Positions 1 through 9,441 of a DNA stretch of 56,710 bases are shown here, piece after piece. The notes beneath the pieces were generated by a model. The model did no database searches. It worked only from the letters and a program-made list of their open reading frames with translations, and was not told where the DNA came from. The translations under genes and the position numbers were made by a program. This stretch comes from a virus (taxonomy: Duplodnaviria > Caudoviricetes). The stretch lies in the IMG/VR virus record IMGVR_UViG_3300031256_000055, positions 1 to 56,710 of that record. One strand, given 5' to 3'. Within the stretch, counting starts at the first letter, position 1. Every line of letters starts with the position of its first letter.

Positions 1-180
1 ATGATAGACATGAAACAAATAATAATGAATTGCACAATATGCGGAAAGGAAACTATCCTTACGAAACACAAAAGGTTAAGTTTTTTAAAAACGGGAAGAG
101 GTTATTGCTCAAAAAAATGTTCAAACGCTTACAGAGCGAAAATTTCTTCAATAACCATGTCAAGAACAAACAAGAAATAT
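1..180. repeat. Terminal direct repeat, left copy (circular overlap)
   Basis: 1-180 equals 56531-56710 except C53 vs T56583; the helicase reading frame is continuous across the join. Confidence 0.97.
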
Positions 181-1682
181 GCCAAGGCATTTTCTTTAAG
201 AATGAAAAAAAACAATCCCATGAACAATCCTGTTATAAGAGAAAAAGTAAGCTCAAAATTAAAAGCTATCGGGCATCGTCCTCATATAAGAGGTGGAAAC
301 GGGAAAGGACCTACGATTCATCAATTAGCTTTGGCAAACGCAATAGGCTGGGATATGGAGGTATCCATAAAAACAGGAATGAAAAAGGGGAGCGGGATGC
401 CCTATGTTTACAAAATAGATATTGCAAACGAAATATTAAAAATAGGGGTAGAAGTAGACGGGAATTCTCATGGAACGTTAATAAATCAAGAACGAGACAA
501 AAGGAAAACAGAATTCTTGACTGGATTAGGGTGGAAAATATTGAGATTCAAAAACATAGAGATAGAAAGAAATCTGGAAGAGTGTGTGAATATGATTATG
601 TCTATGATTTAGAAATTGAAGATAATCATAATTATTTTGCAAATAATATACTTGTGCATAACTGCCACCATATAGGAGCGTCAACCTGGCAAAAAATAAG
701 AAGTCATTTCCATAAAGCTAATCTTTATGGAACAACTGCAACCCCTGTAAGGCTGGACGGATATGGTATGGGTAATGATTTTGAAACTATGGTTGTCGGA
801 AAATCGTATGATTATCTTGTTGATAAAGGTTTTTTGTCATATCCGATTTATTATGTCCCAGAGAACCTACAATTAGATTATGACTTAGCTCATATAAAAA
901 AGAACGGCTATGATTATAATAAAAAACAATCCGAATTAATCCTTGATAAACGAGTAATCACCGGAAATGCTATTGATGAATATGCAAAGTTATGTGACAA
1001 AGAACCTGCCTTGGTGTTTTGTGTATCAATCAAACATGCGGAGCACGTAGCGGAGGAATTCAAAAATGCTGGATATCTAACGGATGTTATACACTCAAAA
1101 ATAAAACCTGATAAGGTTGCCGAGACCATCGAAAAATTAAGACGCGGGGAATTACATGTTGTAACCTCTTGTGATAAGGTCGGGGAAGGGACGGATATCC
1201 CGAAATTAAGAGCGGTGATATTATTACGTTATACGGCATCAATAACGGTCAATCATCAGCAAAACGGAAGGGCATCCAGGCCGTATGAGGGGAAAGAAAA
1301 TTCTATACATATTGATCTTGTCGGGAACTGTAAGACCCATGGGCTGATTAACTTTCCGATAAAATGGGAATTAACCAAGGGGAAATTTGAACCGCCCGTA
1401 CAAGGTGTTATAGAATGTGAATTCTGTATGAAATATTATTCCATTAATTTGCGAGCCTGTCCCCACTGTGGAAAGATGAGGATAATAAAAAAGAAGAAAA
1501 GGAAAGATCCGGTCGTAGTTCCCGGGGAATTGAAACGAATTGATTATGTGAAATTGAATGAGGAAGTGCAAAGAGCCGAATCCTTAGCTGATTTTCATAA
1601 AATAGCTAAGGAAGTTGGATACAAGCCGGGATGGGCTTATCATCGATGGAAACATAAACAGCGGGTAAAAGAGAAAGTTTAA
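1..1682 (+). CDS. SF2 DExH helicase, 3' part (intein remainder plus C-extein); precursor 771 aa, spliced product 459 aa
   Basis: Same frame as ORF 30..1682. Motifs VHN|CHH, GTTATPVRLDG, LVFCVSIKHA, GEGTDIP, HQQNGRASR, IDLVGN, C-terminal CxxC..CPHC and GYKPGWA. Confidence 0.95.
   Translation, partial: DRHETNNNELHNMRKGNYPYETQKVKFFKNGKRLLLKKMFKRLQSENFFNNHVKNKQEICQGIFFKNEKKQSHEQSCYKRKSKLKIKSYRASSSYKRWKRERTYDSSISFGKRNRLGYGGIHKNRNEKGERDALCLQNRYCKRNIKNRGRSRREFSWNVNKSRTRQKENRILDWIRVENIEIQKHRDRKKSGRVCEYDYVYDLEIEDNHNYFANNILVHNCHHIGASTWQKIRSHFHKANLYGTTATPVRLDGYGMGNDFETMVVGKSYDYLVDKGFLSYPIYYVPENLQLDYDLAHIKKNGYDYNKKQSELILDKRVITGNAIDEYAKLCDKEPALVFCVSIKHAEHVAEEFKNAGYLTDVIHSKIKPDKVAETIEKLRRGELHVVTSCDKVGEGTDIPKLRAVILLRYTASITVNHQQNGRASRPYEGKENSIHIDLVGNCKTHGLINFPIKWELTKGKFEPPVQGVIECEFCMKYYSINLRACPHCGKMRIIKKKKRKDPVVVPGELKRIDYVKLNEEVQRAESLADFHKIAKEVGYKPGWAYHRWKHKQRVKEKV
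10..612 (+). CDS. DUF559/Vsr-like PD-(D/E)XK endonuclease with N-terminal Cys4 finger and NUMOD3-like segment; putative homing endonuclease in the +1 frame inside the intein
   Basis: CTICGK..YCSKKC, NPMNNPVIREKVS, YKIDIA..IGVEVDGNSH..RDKRKTEFLTGLGWKILRF. Start at 10 preferred because the ATG at 1 overlaps the -10 box. Confidence 0.85.
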   Translation: MKQIIMNCTICGKETILTKHKRLSFLKTGRGYCSKKCSNAYRAKISSITMSRTNKKYAKAFSLRMKKNNPMNNPVIREKVSSKLKAIGHRPHIRGGNGKGPTIHQLALANAIGWDMEVSIKTGMKKGSGMPYVYKIDIANEILKIGVEVDGNSHGTLINQERDKRKTEFLTGLGWKILRFKNIEIERNLEECVNMIMSMI

Positions 1683-1701
1683 ATTTATTTTAAGAAAAAG
1701 C

Positions 1702-1730
1702 TTGACTTGTTTTACCCGAAAGGGTATATT
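1702..1730 (+). promoter_or_regulatory. Sigma70-type promoter with TACCC-N4-GGGTA operator
   Basis: TTGACT-N17-TATATT; TACCCgaaaGGGTA at 1713-1726. Confidence 0.75.
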
Positions 1731-1764
1731 GAGTATAAGAATATTTTATTTAAAGGAATAAACC

Positions 1765-2259
1765 ATGGGACGAAAAGAACGAAAAATAATAAATGCCGAA
1801 CTACTCGAAGGATGTAAAAAAGGTTATCGATGGCGAGCTAATTCCGGGATGGCATGGCAGGGTAAAAAAATAAAACCCCCTGAACATATTTTAAAAATAC
1901 TTTCTTCATGGATGAAAGCCAACGGAATTAAACATAAACAAATAATAATACTTGCGGACCCTCGCCCATTTCACGGAATGCCTTCCGGTTTTTTTGATGT
2001 ATTCGGGTGGGAAAATATGACTGTTTGCGAAATAATAAAAAAACGAGACGATCATTCTCCATGTATGATAGATGAAACATCGAAAAAATCAGATTGTGAA
2101 GGTTGTGATTTAAATAATTCCGTTGCTGTCTTCGTGGGTGTAGAATGTAAAACCACAAACGATAATTTAAAACCGGATCAAATAAAATACAGGGATGCAT
2201 TGAAAAAATCCGGGGGTATATATCATGTAAGGAGGGAAGATGGCTATGTGGAAAAATAA
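1765..2259 (+). CDS. VRR-NUC family nuclease
   Basis: WRANSG, GFFDVFG, FVGVECKT..LKPDQIKY..KSGGIY; adjacent to SF2 helicase. Confidence 0.75.
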   Translation: MGRKERKIINAELLEGCKKGYRWRANSGMAWQGKKIKPPEHILKILSSWMKANGIKHKQIIILADPRPFHGMPSGFFDVFGWENMTVCEIIKKRDDHSPCMIDETSKKSDCEGCDLNNSVAVFVGVECKTTNDNLKPDQIKYRDALKKSGGIYHVRREDGYVEK

Positions 2260-2698
2260 GACGAGAAGTAAGAATAAACAAATAAGATTAAGAAAACATA
2301 AAGACTTCCAAGAAAAACTCGAATGGTTAACCGAGTATTTCAATCAGCAATATCCCGGATGGCAAAGAACAAAAAACGCCGACCACATTAAAATGAGGAT
2401 AAATCGAACGGCCAAAAAATGGACTACCGGGATATACAACAGGAAGATAAAAGCTGTATATAAAAAAGATTTCCCCAAGGATCAATGGCCGTTCAAAAAA
2501 GTTGACCAGGTTATTATAGTACAGACGAAAAAGAAAAATGCCATTGTTAAGATGGTAACCGTTATGATAGGATTAGAGGAGTATGCTTTGTCAGGGCTTG
2601 CGGCTGATTTTTTTAATATTACATTACTGAGTGCAGCAAATTGGCAGGTTCCAGGGATATCAACCGGACCATTTTGGAAGATCGGGGTGGAGTTGTGA
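2240..2698 (+). CDS. Hypothetical basic protein
   Basis: 152-aa ORF, SD GGAGG upstream, coupled to neighbours. Confidence 0.6.
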   Translation: MAMWKNKTRSKNKQIRLRKHKDFQEKLEWLTEYFNQQYPGWQRTKNADHIKMRINRTAKKWTTGIYNRKIKAVYKKDFPKDQWPFKKVDQVIIVQTKKKNAIVKMVTVMIGLEEYALSGLAADFFNITLLSAANWQVPGISTGPFWKIGVEL

Positions 2699-2910
2699 GT
2701 GAATGGATAAGCATAAAAGATAAACTACCAGATAATAATGATCCTATTTTAATTCATCATTTGGGGATAAGAGGTCATAATTTTATTTCTATGGGATGGT
2801 ATAATTTAGAGTATAAAATATTTATTCTTAATATTGGAAGTGAATGTTCTTCTGTTACTCACTGGATGCCGCCACCCGATAAACCAGAGGAGTTTAAAAA
2901 TGAAATATAA
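2695..2910 (+). CDS. DUF551-like phage protein
   Basis: EWISIKDKLP...VTHWMPPPDKPE; GTG start overlapping the previous stop. Confidence 0.75.
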   Translation: MSEWISIKDKLPDNNDPILIHHLGIRGHNFISMGWYNLEYKIFILNIGSECSSVTHWMPPPDKPEEFKNEI

Positions 2911-3100
2911 AATAGCATTGATTATTGTTTTAACGATTATTTATATAGGTTTATTTTGGGGAATTCCTACAATTATATTGTCTGTTGCGAATAACATTAA
3001 AAATTATTTTTTTATAGTTATGTGGCTTCATATTATAGTAGGTGTTTGCCTTGGAATATGTATATTAATTGCATATTTATTATGTAAGGCGGGATATTAA
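2900..3100 (+). CDS. Small two-TM membrane protein
   Basis: Two hydrophobic stretches; GAGGAG SD before ATG 2900. Confidence 0.55.
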   Translation: MKYKIALIIVLTIIYIGLFWGIPTIILSVANNIKNYFFIVMWLHIIVGVCLGICILIAYLLCKAGY

Positions 3101-4243
3101 ATGAACATAAAAAAAATACTTAAAAACATACATTATTTTATCTTGATCCTCATCCCTGCTGGCTGGATATTAAACTGGTATTATTACTATTCCCGGTTTC
3201 AATCGGAGGGGTTTGCCCCGGAGTTACAAATAATGATCCCTGTAATATTGGTTATATTCGCATCGGTTTGTTTTACAACTGGCAATTATCTACATAAAAA
3301 GAAAAATAAAATGTCAATTCTGTTTTTTATAATTTATGGCATCTTAGCTTTTTATTCAATTAACTGCACAACTGCAGGACAATATTGGAGCCAGGTTGTA
3401 AAAAATCAGGAAACCGAAATAAATGAAAATGTAAAAGATAATTCCTTATATCTTGTTGAGCGATATAAAACAAAGATAGCCGAAAAGGAAGAGGAATATA
3501 AAAAGCTTAATGAAATCAAGGATAATTCCATTAATGATTTATCTGATTTATACGGATTTAAAAACACAACAAAAACCGTTGAAGAAATGAAAGATAAAAT
3601 CGAAGCTGATATAAAAGAACTCGAAACTGAACTTGAAAAAATACTTAATCAAAATATGATATCCGTAAAAGAATCCGAAAAAAAGGAAAAGTCAAAAACA
3701 CTATATCAATTCTATGCAGGAAAAGACGGAAACCCAGATATTATCCAATTTATGTTCCAAGTTATGTTGTCGATAATAATTGAGTTAATTGCTCAAATGT
3801 CAATATATATTTTTATGATTATTGAAGATTATAAAAAACGAAAGACACCGGAAATGGAAGTAATCGCCTGTGAATCCGAGAGCGGTGATATTGTAGAGGT
3901 AGAGATTGAGCCCAAATCCGAGACAGAGATTGAACCGGTTGATAATCCCGGTATTTCTGAAAACAAAATAACCCCCGATGAATTGAAATATTTTTCAATT
4001 TTAGCATGGGAGGGAATACACCGGGGATGGTATAAGCATTTGTGTGAGAAAGATATGATTATAGGAAACATGCCCAAATTTAAACAAAATAATTTTACCG
4101 AAGAAAAATATAATAAGATAATTAATTTAGCTCTTCAAAATAAACTTATTAAAGAAGTAGGTAATAATTATGAACAATATAATGAATTTACAACCAATGA
4201 ATACTTTTTCAATAAAATGAAGAGCTTACTAAATTTGACTTAA
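3101..4243 (+). CDS. Membrane protein with three N-terminal TM helices, coiled coil and a fourth TM
   Basis: Hydrophobic segments flank an E/K-rich coiled-coil region. Confidence 0.6.
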   Translation: MNIKKILKNIHYFILILIPAGWILNWYYYYSRFQSEGFAPELQIMIPVILVIFASVCFTTGNYLHKKKNKMSILFFIIYGILAFYSINCTTAGQYWSQVVKNQETEINENVKDNSLYLVERYKTKIAEKEEEYKKLNEIKDNSINDLSDLYGFKNTTKTVEEMKDKIEADIKELETELEKILNQNMISVKESEKKEKSKTLYQFYAGKDGNPDIIQFMFQVMLSIIIELIAQMSIYIFMIIEDYKKRKTPEMEVIACESESGDIVEVEIEPKSETEIEPVDNPGISENKITPDELKYFSILAWEGIHRGWYKHLCEKDMIIGNMPKFKQNNFTEEKYNKIINLALQNKLIKEVGNNYEQYNEFTTNEYFFNKMKSLLNLT

Positions 4244-4263
4244 TAATATAATTTGATTATATT
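4235..4263 (+). promoter_or_regulatory. Sigma70-type promoter for the recombination block
   Basis: TTGACT-N17-TATATT upstream of AAGGAG SD and ATG 4301. Confidence 0.6.
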
Positions 4264-4300
4264 ATTATAAATATTATTTTAACTTAAAGGAGAATAGATT

Positions 4301-4501
4301 ATGGAAGAAAACAAACCAAGGGTAAGACTTAATGTAAAAACAAACACGAAGGGAGAGTGTCAGCTTGATGTTACTGTTGAAACATTCGGACTAGAAGAAA
4401 CTCCTGGAGTAAGAGCATTTAGGATCGTAGATCAAATTGAAGCGTTCAAGAGAGAATTAAAATTGGCAGGCTGTAAAATTGCCGGGGAGGATGGGAAATG
4501 A
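4301..4501 (+). CDS. Hypothetical protein
   Basis: 66 aa, AAGGAG SD, ATGA coupling to next gene. Confidence 0.6.
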   Translation: MEENKPRVRLNVKTNTKGECQLDVTVETFGLEETPGVRAFRIVDQIEAFKRELKLAGCKIAGEDGK

Positions 4502-5634
4502 TAACAAACAGCATATCAAAAGAAGAGGCAATAAAAAAATATGGTAACTGTGGACCCGGGGCAAAGCATATTTTTATAAATTTTGAGGATCTCAAAAAAA
4601 AGAAAGGTATCTATGATATTGAGATCAATGAATTAATATTCGATGCCTCATCTGATAAGACACTTTCCGCCGATTTTACTTTTCTAAAAACAAGCAAGAA
4701 TTTTTATCCTAAACCTCATTTTTTCAGAACCATCGCTGAATTAACAGGTATTCGCGGTGTTGGTTCTGTGAGAATAGAAAAGGAAAAAGATGTGGTAAAT
4801 ATAAATCATTTACTCGCGAATCCAATTGAAGCACCACCCATTGAAAGGAAAATGCATATCGCAACCATAGCATATTCCAAAGCAGAAATTCAATGTAATG
4901 ATGGAACTTGGCGGACTTCGCCTGAATGTACCGGTGAATATAACTTCTGGCAAAAAGCAATAAAAACCTGGGATAACGATGAAAAATATAATAATAAAGA
5001 ATATACTAAGTCGATAGACAGAAGAACTTATTATAACATGTTAGTTGAACATTCTACATCTATAGCGCAAACAAAAAGTTTTAATGCGTGCGTATGTTTC
5101 CTTGTAGGAATACCAAAGGGTTTTACTATCGAAGATTTAAAAAAATCAAAAGGTATTTTTGTTTTTCAAAAAATTATAGAATCTCCTGTATATCAGGCGA
5201 AGATAATGGACGCAAGAATTCAAGGAATTAGAAACGGAAATACTAATCCATTAAAACAGATATCCGGTGAAATCTTCGGAGAGGAGAATATAAACTCGGA
5301 TATAGTGAATGATATCGATGATACCGAAACACCCGAAGACGATAATATGAGAAATGCAAACGAAATGCCTCCACCCCCACCGGAAAATAAAAAGCCGAAC
5401 CCGTTCGCTGATTTTTCAAAAACTGTAAATAATCCGCAGGATACAAGAGAAGAGCATATTAAAATTCTCCGGGGATATTTAAGAAACGATATACTTAAAA
5501 AAACGGAAGGGGCTATATCCAGTATAGCGCAAGTGTTGAATAACCTTGATAGTCATACAGATCAAGATTTAAAAAATCTTATTGATACCTGTTCTGAGGT
5601 TATTCAAAAAGCAAAAGGGGAGGAATTGTTTTGA
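4498..5634 (+). CDS. Hypothetical protein, possibly a strand-annealing/recombination protein
   Basis: 378 aa, acidic/Pro-rich linker before a small C-terminal domain; function inferred only from position before the SbcCD-like gene. Confidence 0.4.
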   Translation: MITNSISKEEAIKKYGNCGPGAKHIFINFEDLKKKKGIYDIEINELIFDASSDKTLSADFTFLKTSKNFYPKPHFFRTIAELTGIRGVGSVRIEKEKDVVNINHLLANPIEAPPIERKMHIATIAYSKAEIQCNDGTWRTSPECTGEYNFWQKAIKTWDNDEKYNNKEYTKSIDRRTYYNMLVEHSTSIAQTKSFNACVCFLVGIPKGFTIEDLKKSKGIFVFQKIIESPVYQAKIMDARIQGIRNGNTNPLKQISGEIFGEENINSDIVNDIDDTETPEDDNMRNANEMPPPPPENKKPNPFADFSKTVNNPQDTREEHIKILRGYLRNDILKKTEGAISSIAQVLNNLDSHTDQDLKNLIDTCSEVIQKAKGEELF

Positions 5635-5982
5635 TGAAAAATAAATCATGTTTTAATTGCAAAAATCAAAATATATGCAAACATAGAGATAGAATTTTTG
5701 ATAAATTTGAATTTATATCATGGATCGAAGATACATCAGGGTTTGTTTCGTTAATTGCAAAGGCCATAGGAGAAAGATGTAAATATTATATTCCTTATTC
5801 AGAACAAGAATTAAAAGAAAGGGGAATAACAGAATGAAAAAAGATATTGACGAAGAAATAGGAATTATCTATCTAAATTTTAAAAATGGTTTAATAAGCA
5901 AAGAAAATGCTTCAATTGAAATATCAAAATTATTAGGGAAAGATATTGATATTGTTGAATATTTTAATAAAGGGGTAACGGA

Positions 5983-8900
5983 ATGAAAATACTTGAACTT
6001 TCCGACCTTCACCTTGACCCGAAATGGATTGAAGCACAAAAACCATGCTTGAATAAGATAATAGAAACCGGAAAGAAAGAAAAACCGGATTTTATTTGTA
6101 TTGCTGGCGATTTTTCTAATAGACCTTTCTATAATTCAGACAAAGATTCTATATCCTTTGTTAGACGATTCGTAAAAGACCTGCTTAAAATTGCCCCTGT
6201 CGTTATGATAACCGGGACACCTGCCCACGATGCCCCTGGAAGCTATGGGATATTTGAGGACTTAGGATGTCATGTAATAAAACCAAACAAGCCGGAAATT
6301 ATAAACGATGTTTTATTCATAGGACTTCCTGAAATCGATAAAATAAGTCTTATGACAAGAAGTAAATTATCTATGGAAGAAGCCAATGCATCTATTATGA
6401 AATCCTTAAATAATTTTATGGATAGATACTGGAAACCGGTCCGGGAAGCAAATAAGGACAAGCCCTGTATATTTATGGGCCATGGCGTTTTTGTTGACGA
6501 TCTTGAAAAATCAAAAAGTAACCCCATAATAAAAAACTCCGACTTTGTGATAGATAATCGAATATTGAAAACTATAAATGCGGACCGGTATATATTCGGT
6601 CATTTCCATACGCCGGAAGAATCGAAGATTTTAAACGGAGGATATGTTGGTTATGCCGGATTTGACAAAACGCCGTGGAATAATACAGGGTTTCAACCAG
6701 GGTTTAATCTGACAAAATTGATGAAAAGGGGAGGCATAGCACAAGGGGAAACATTACCTATCACCGATTATGTGCCAATAGTTACCCGCATTCCCTACCC
6801 CGTTACACGTCGCGAAAAACGAAACATCAAATATAACCCTAATATGAAATTAAACACCCTTGCTCAATGGCATCACTGTGACGTAAGATTAAACATGGAA
6901 ATATCTAAATCGGATTTAAGGAAAATCGATATTGAAGAAATGCAACAAAAGTACGTTGATGATTTCAGTCTTAATTCTTGCCTTATAGTACCTCAACTTA
7001 TCCGCGAAGAATCCGACAGGATAACAGTTGAGCAGGCAGAGGAATTGAATACCGATTGGAAAAAGTATTGCTTCTTCAAGAAATGGGAAAAGCCTGAAGA
7101 CCCGGGCCATAAATCCGTTTACCTAAAATTTACCGAAATGATTGACAACGTTTTATCCCGTTCGATTTCAAAAGAAAAAAAAGATGTTTATCTGTTAGAT
7201 GCAACAATTCACGGGAGTATTTTCTCAAAAGATGCACATAACAAGGATACACTATATTATGATTTCAGTAATGACCCAAAAGGCTTGACGTTGCTTTCCG
7301 GGGATAACGGAAAATGTAAAAGTACATACCTCGGGTTCCTGTTACCTTATCCGTATTTTGTCGGGTTTGATTACAGGACTCTTAAGGAATTTTTCATCCT
7401 GGATGATTCATACATTAAAAAAAACTTTATGGTTAATGGCCAAAGACACCAGCATTTAATTTACATTCCTGAAAAAAAAGGAATAAAATGTTATTGGAAT
7501 GTAGAAACGGAAACCGGGGAATTAAAATCTTTCATGGAAACCGACAAATTATCTGATTTCATGGAAGCCTGTGAGAAATATTATGGTCCTATGGATTCAT
7601 TCATTTCAACTTGCTTTCATGCGCAGGAACCACACCGGATGTCAAAATATGTTTCTTCCCTGGCAAGTTCTTCCTCTACCGAACTACGGAATGCGTATAT
7701 GAAAATAATCGGAATTGACCGGGAAGGCGAGCGGGAATATGCAAAACTTAAAAAGAAAAGTATTGAGTCTGAAATACACGACCTTGAAACACAGAAAAAC
7801 ACTATGAATGATTTCATAGTTGATAATGACACGGTGTATGAAGAAAAGAAAAGGCTTGAATCTGAAATCGAAAAACTTGAAAAGGAAATAAATAAAATCA
7901 GAGTTGAAGAAAAACACGCAGAGCAGGAATTGAAAAATAATACCATAAAAAAAGAAAAACAGGATAAAATAAAAACTGAACTGGAAATCATAAAAGGCAA
8001 CCTGAACAATCTCAATTTTTCTATAATCGAAAAACAAACCAAACTCAAAGAATTTGAATCTATAAATATTGAAGAGCTTAAAAAACAAATTGCCGATAAT
8101 GAAACCGTAAAGGCTCAACTTGATAAAACCCGTGACGACTGGAAAGGATATTCAGAAGCAAAGCAGAAAATTGAAAAAGAAATTGCAGAGATTCAAGAAA
8201 AAATAAATAATAAAAATAATGAATTAAAAGATCATAAAAATAAAATAGAAAATAATAACTTACAGATTAAAAATTATGAAAAAGAAAATGAATTATTAAA
8301 TAAAAAATGTTTTCACTGTGGTAAAAATCCAAATCCCGAAAGCGAACAAAAGATAAATGATAACAGCCATCTTATAGATCAATACAAAGCGTATAACAAA
8401 GGTCATGAAGAACTTATAGCAAAGAAAGAAAAAGAAAGTGCCCAACTCGAAACAGAAATACACAAGTTTGATGAATCAATATATAACGTAACTTTAAATC
8501 TTGAAAATATAACCGATGAAGGAAACAAACTCAAAGCAAAATTATTATCCCTTGAAAAAATCCAGGCTATCAATAATAAACTTGATGAATGCAAGGATTA
8601 TGAATCTCTTAAAAAATCGATATCCGAAATTGAAACCGAGATTAAAAAACTTTCCCAGGAAATCGATGATAAAACAAAAACTTTGAATCCATTCATTACT
8701 ATACAGTACGAAAAATCAAAAACCGAACTCAACAAAGTCACAACGGAATTAAACAATAAAAATAATGAACTTTCAAAACAAACCGGGTTACTTGAGGCAA
8801 TCAAAAATCAGATTGTCAAGATTGAAAAGTATAAAACCGAACTTGAGGTAATTTTAAAAGCCCTGGATGAAAAGGTAATTGACTTAACTGAATGGGAAGG

Positions 8901-9390
8901 ATTATACTTCGACATGGCCGCAAACAAATTCCCGGCGCTGGAACTCGACTTGATCACAAAAGAAATTGATTTTGAGGTGAATAAAACCCTTAATGAAAAA
9001 TTCATTATTGAAACAAAAACACAATACATTAATGATAAGGGTGAATTGATAGACGGTTTTTCAATTAATGTTTATAATCCACAATCCGGAATTGAAAAGG
9101 AATTATTGAAACATTCCCCAGGGCAACGCGCAACATATTTCAATGAACCAATCATGGAAGCATTAAGGAAACGGCGGCAGCAACGGGAAGGCGTTGTTTT
9201 TCACTGGTCAATCTTGGATGAGGCTGATAATCCTATCAAGTCGGAGCACATACTTGACTATTATATGATGATGAATAATGCTATCGGTGACGATCATACG
9301 CGATTCGTTGTGAGTCAGAAATCCGAGGCATATGGGTTGATTAAGAATACTATTGAGATTGACAAGGTGGCTTGTGATAGTCCGGGTTAA
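5983..9390 (+). CDS. Fused SbcD/Mre11 nuclease - SbcC/Rad50 ATPase
   Basis: SDLH, AGDF, PAHD, MGHG, FGHFH phosphoesterase motifs; GDNGKCKST Walker A; coiled coil with CFHC hook; HSPGQ signature; ILDEAD Walker B. Confidence 0.9.
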   Translation: MKILELSDLHLDPKWIEAQKPCLNKIIETGKKEKPDFICIAGDFSNRPFYNSDKDSISFVRRFVKDLLKIAPVVMITGTPAHDAPGSYGIFEDLGCHVIKPNKPEIINDVLFIGLPEIDKISLMTRSKLSMEEANASIMKSLNNFMDRYWKPVREANKDKPCIFMGHGVFVDDLEKSKSNPIIKNSDFVIDNRILKTINADRYIFGHFHTPEESKILNGGYVGYAGFDKTPWNNTGFQPGFNLTKLMKRGGIAQGETLPITDYVPIVTRIPYPVTRREKRNIKYNPNMKLNTLAQWHHCDVRLNMEISKSDLRKIDIEEMQQKYVDDFSLNSCLIVPQLIREESDRITVEQAEELNTDWKKYCFFKKWEKPEDPGHKSVYLKFTEMIDNVLSRSISKEKKDVYLLDATIHGSIFSKDAHNKDTLYYDFSNDPKGLTLLSGDNGKCKSTYLGFLLPYPYFVGFDYRTLKEFFILDDSYIKKNFMVNGQRHQHLIYIPEKKGIKCYWNVETETGELKSFMETDKLSDFMEACEKYYGPMDSFISTCFHAQEPHRMSKYVSSLASSSSTELRNAYMKIIGIDREGEREYAKLKKKSIESEIHDLETQKNTMNDFIVDNDTVYEEKKRLESEIEKLEKEINKIRVEEKHAEQELKNNTIKKEKQDKIKTELEIIKGNLNNLNFSIIEKQTKLKEFESINIEELKKQIADNETVKAQLDKTRDDWKGYSEAKQKIEKEIAEIQEKINNKNNELKDHKNKIENNNLQIKNYEKENELLNKKCFHCGKNPNPESEQKINDNSHLIDQYKAYNKGHEELIAKKEKESAQLETEIHKFDESIYNVTLNLENITDEGNKLKAKLLSLEKIQAINNKLDECKDYESLKKSISEIETEIKKLSQEIDDKTKTLNPFITIQYEKSKTELNKVTTELNNKNNELSKQTGLLEAIKNQIVKIEKYKTELEVILKALDEKVIDLTEWEGLYFDMAANKFPALELDLITKEIDFEVNKTLNEKFIIETKTQYINDKGELIDGFSINVYNPQSGIEKELLKHSPGQRATYFNEPIMEALRKRRQQREGVVFHWSILDEADNPIKSEHILDYYMMMNNAIGDDHTRFVVSQKSEAYGLIKNTIEIDKVACDSPG

Positions 9391-9414
9391 TCTTTCATCT
9401 ATTTTTCTCCTTCG

Positions 9415-9441
9415 AAGGCCGGGTAAAACCGGTCTTTTTTT
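9415..9441 (+). terminator. Intrinsic terminator
   Basis: AAGGCCGG-gtaaaa-CCGGTCTT followed by a T run, after the SbcCD stop. Confidence 0.8.

Larger units (their letters stand above)
1..662 (+). mobile_element. Intein, central and C-terminal part (His-Asn ends at 662; Cys+1 at 663); 312 aa in total
   Basis: Blocks F/G VYDLEIEDNHNYFANNILVHN followed by C; splicing restores DECH. Confidence 0.95.

Noticed and set aside
81-87. Slippery heptamer T TTT TTA as a programmed frameshift linking nuclease and intein frames
   Set aside because: A -1 shift would lead out of the nuclease frame into a product lacking the N-terminal splicing domain; such runs are common in this AT-rich genome and the internal promoter explains expression
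30-1682. ORF-track start at 30 as an independent 550-aa gene
   Set aside because: It is the in-frame continuation of the helicase starting at 55897 across the circular join
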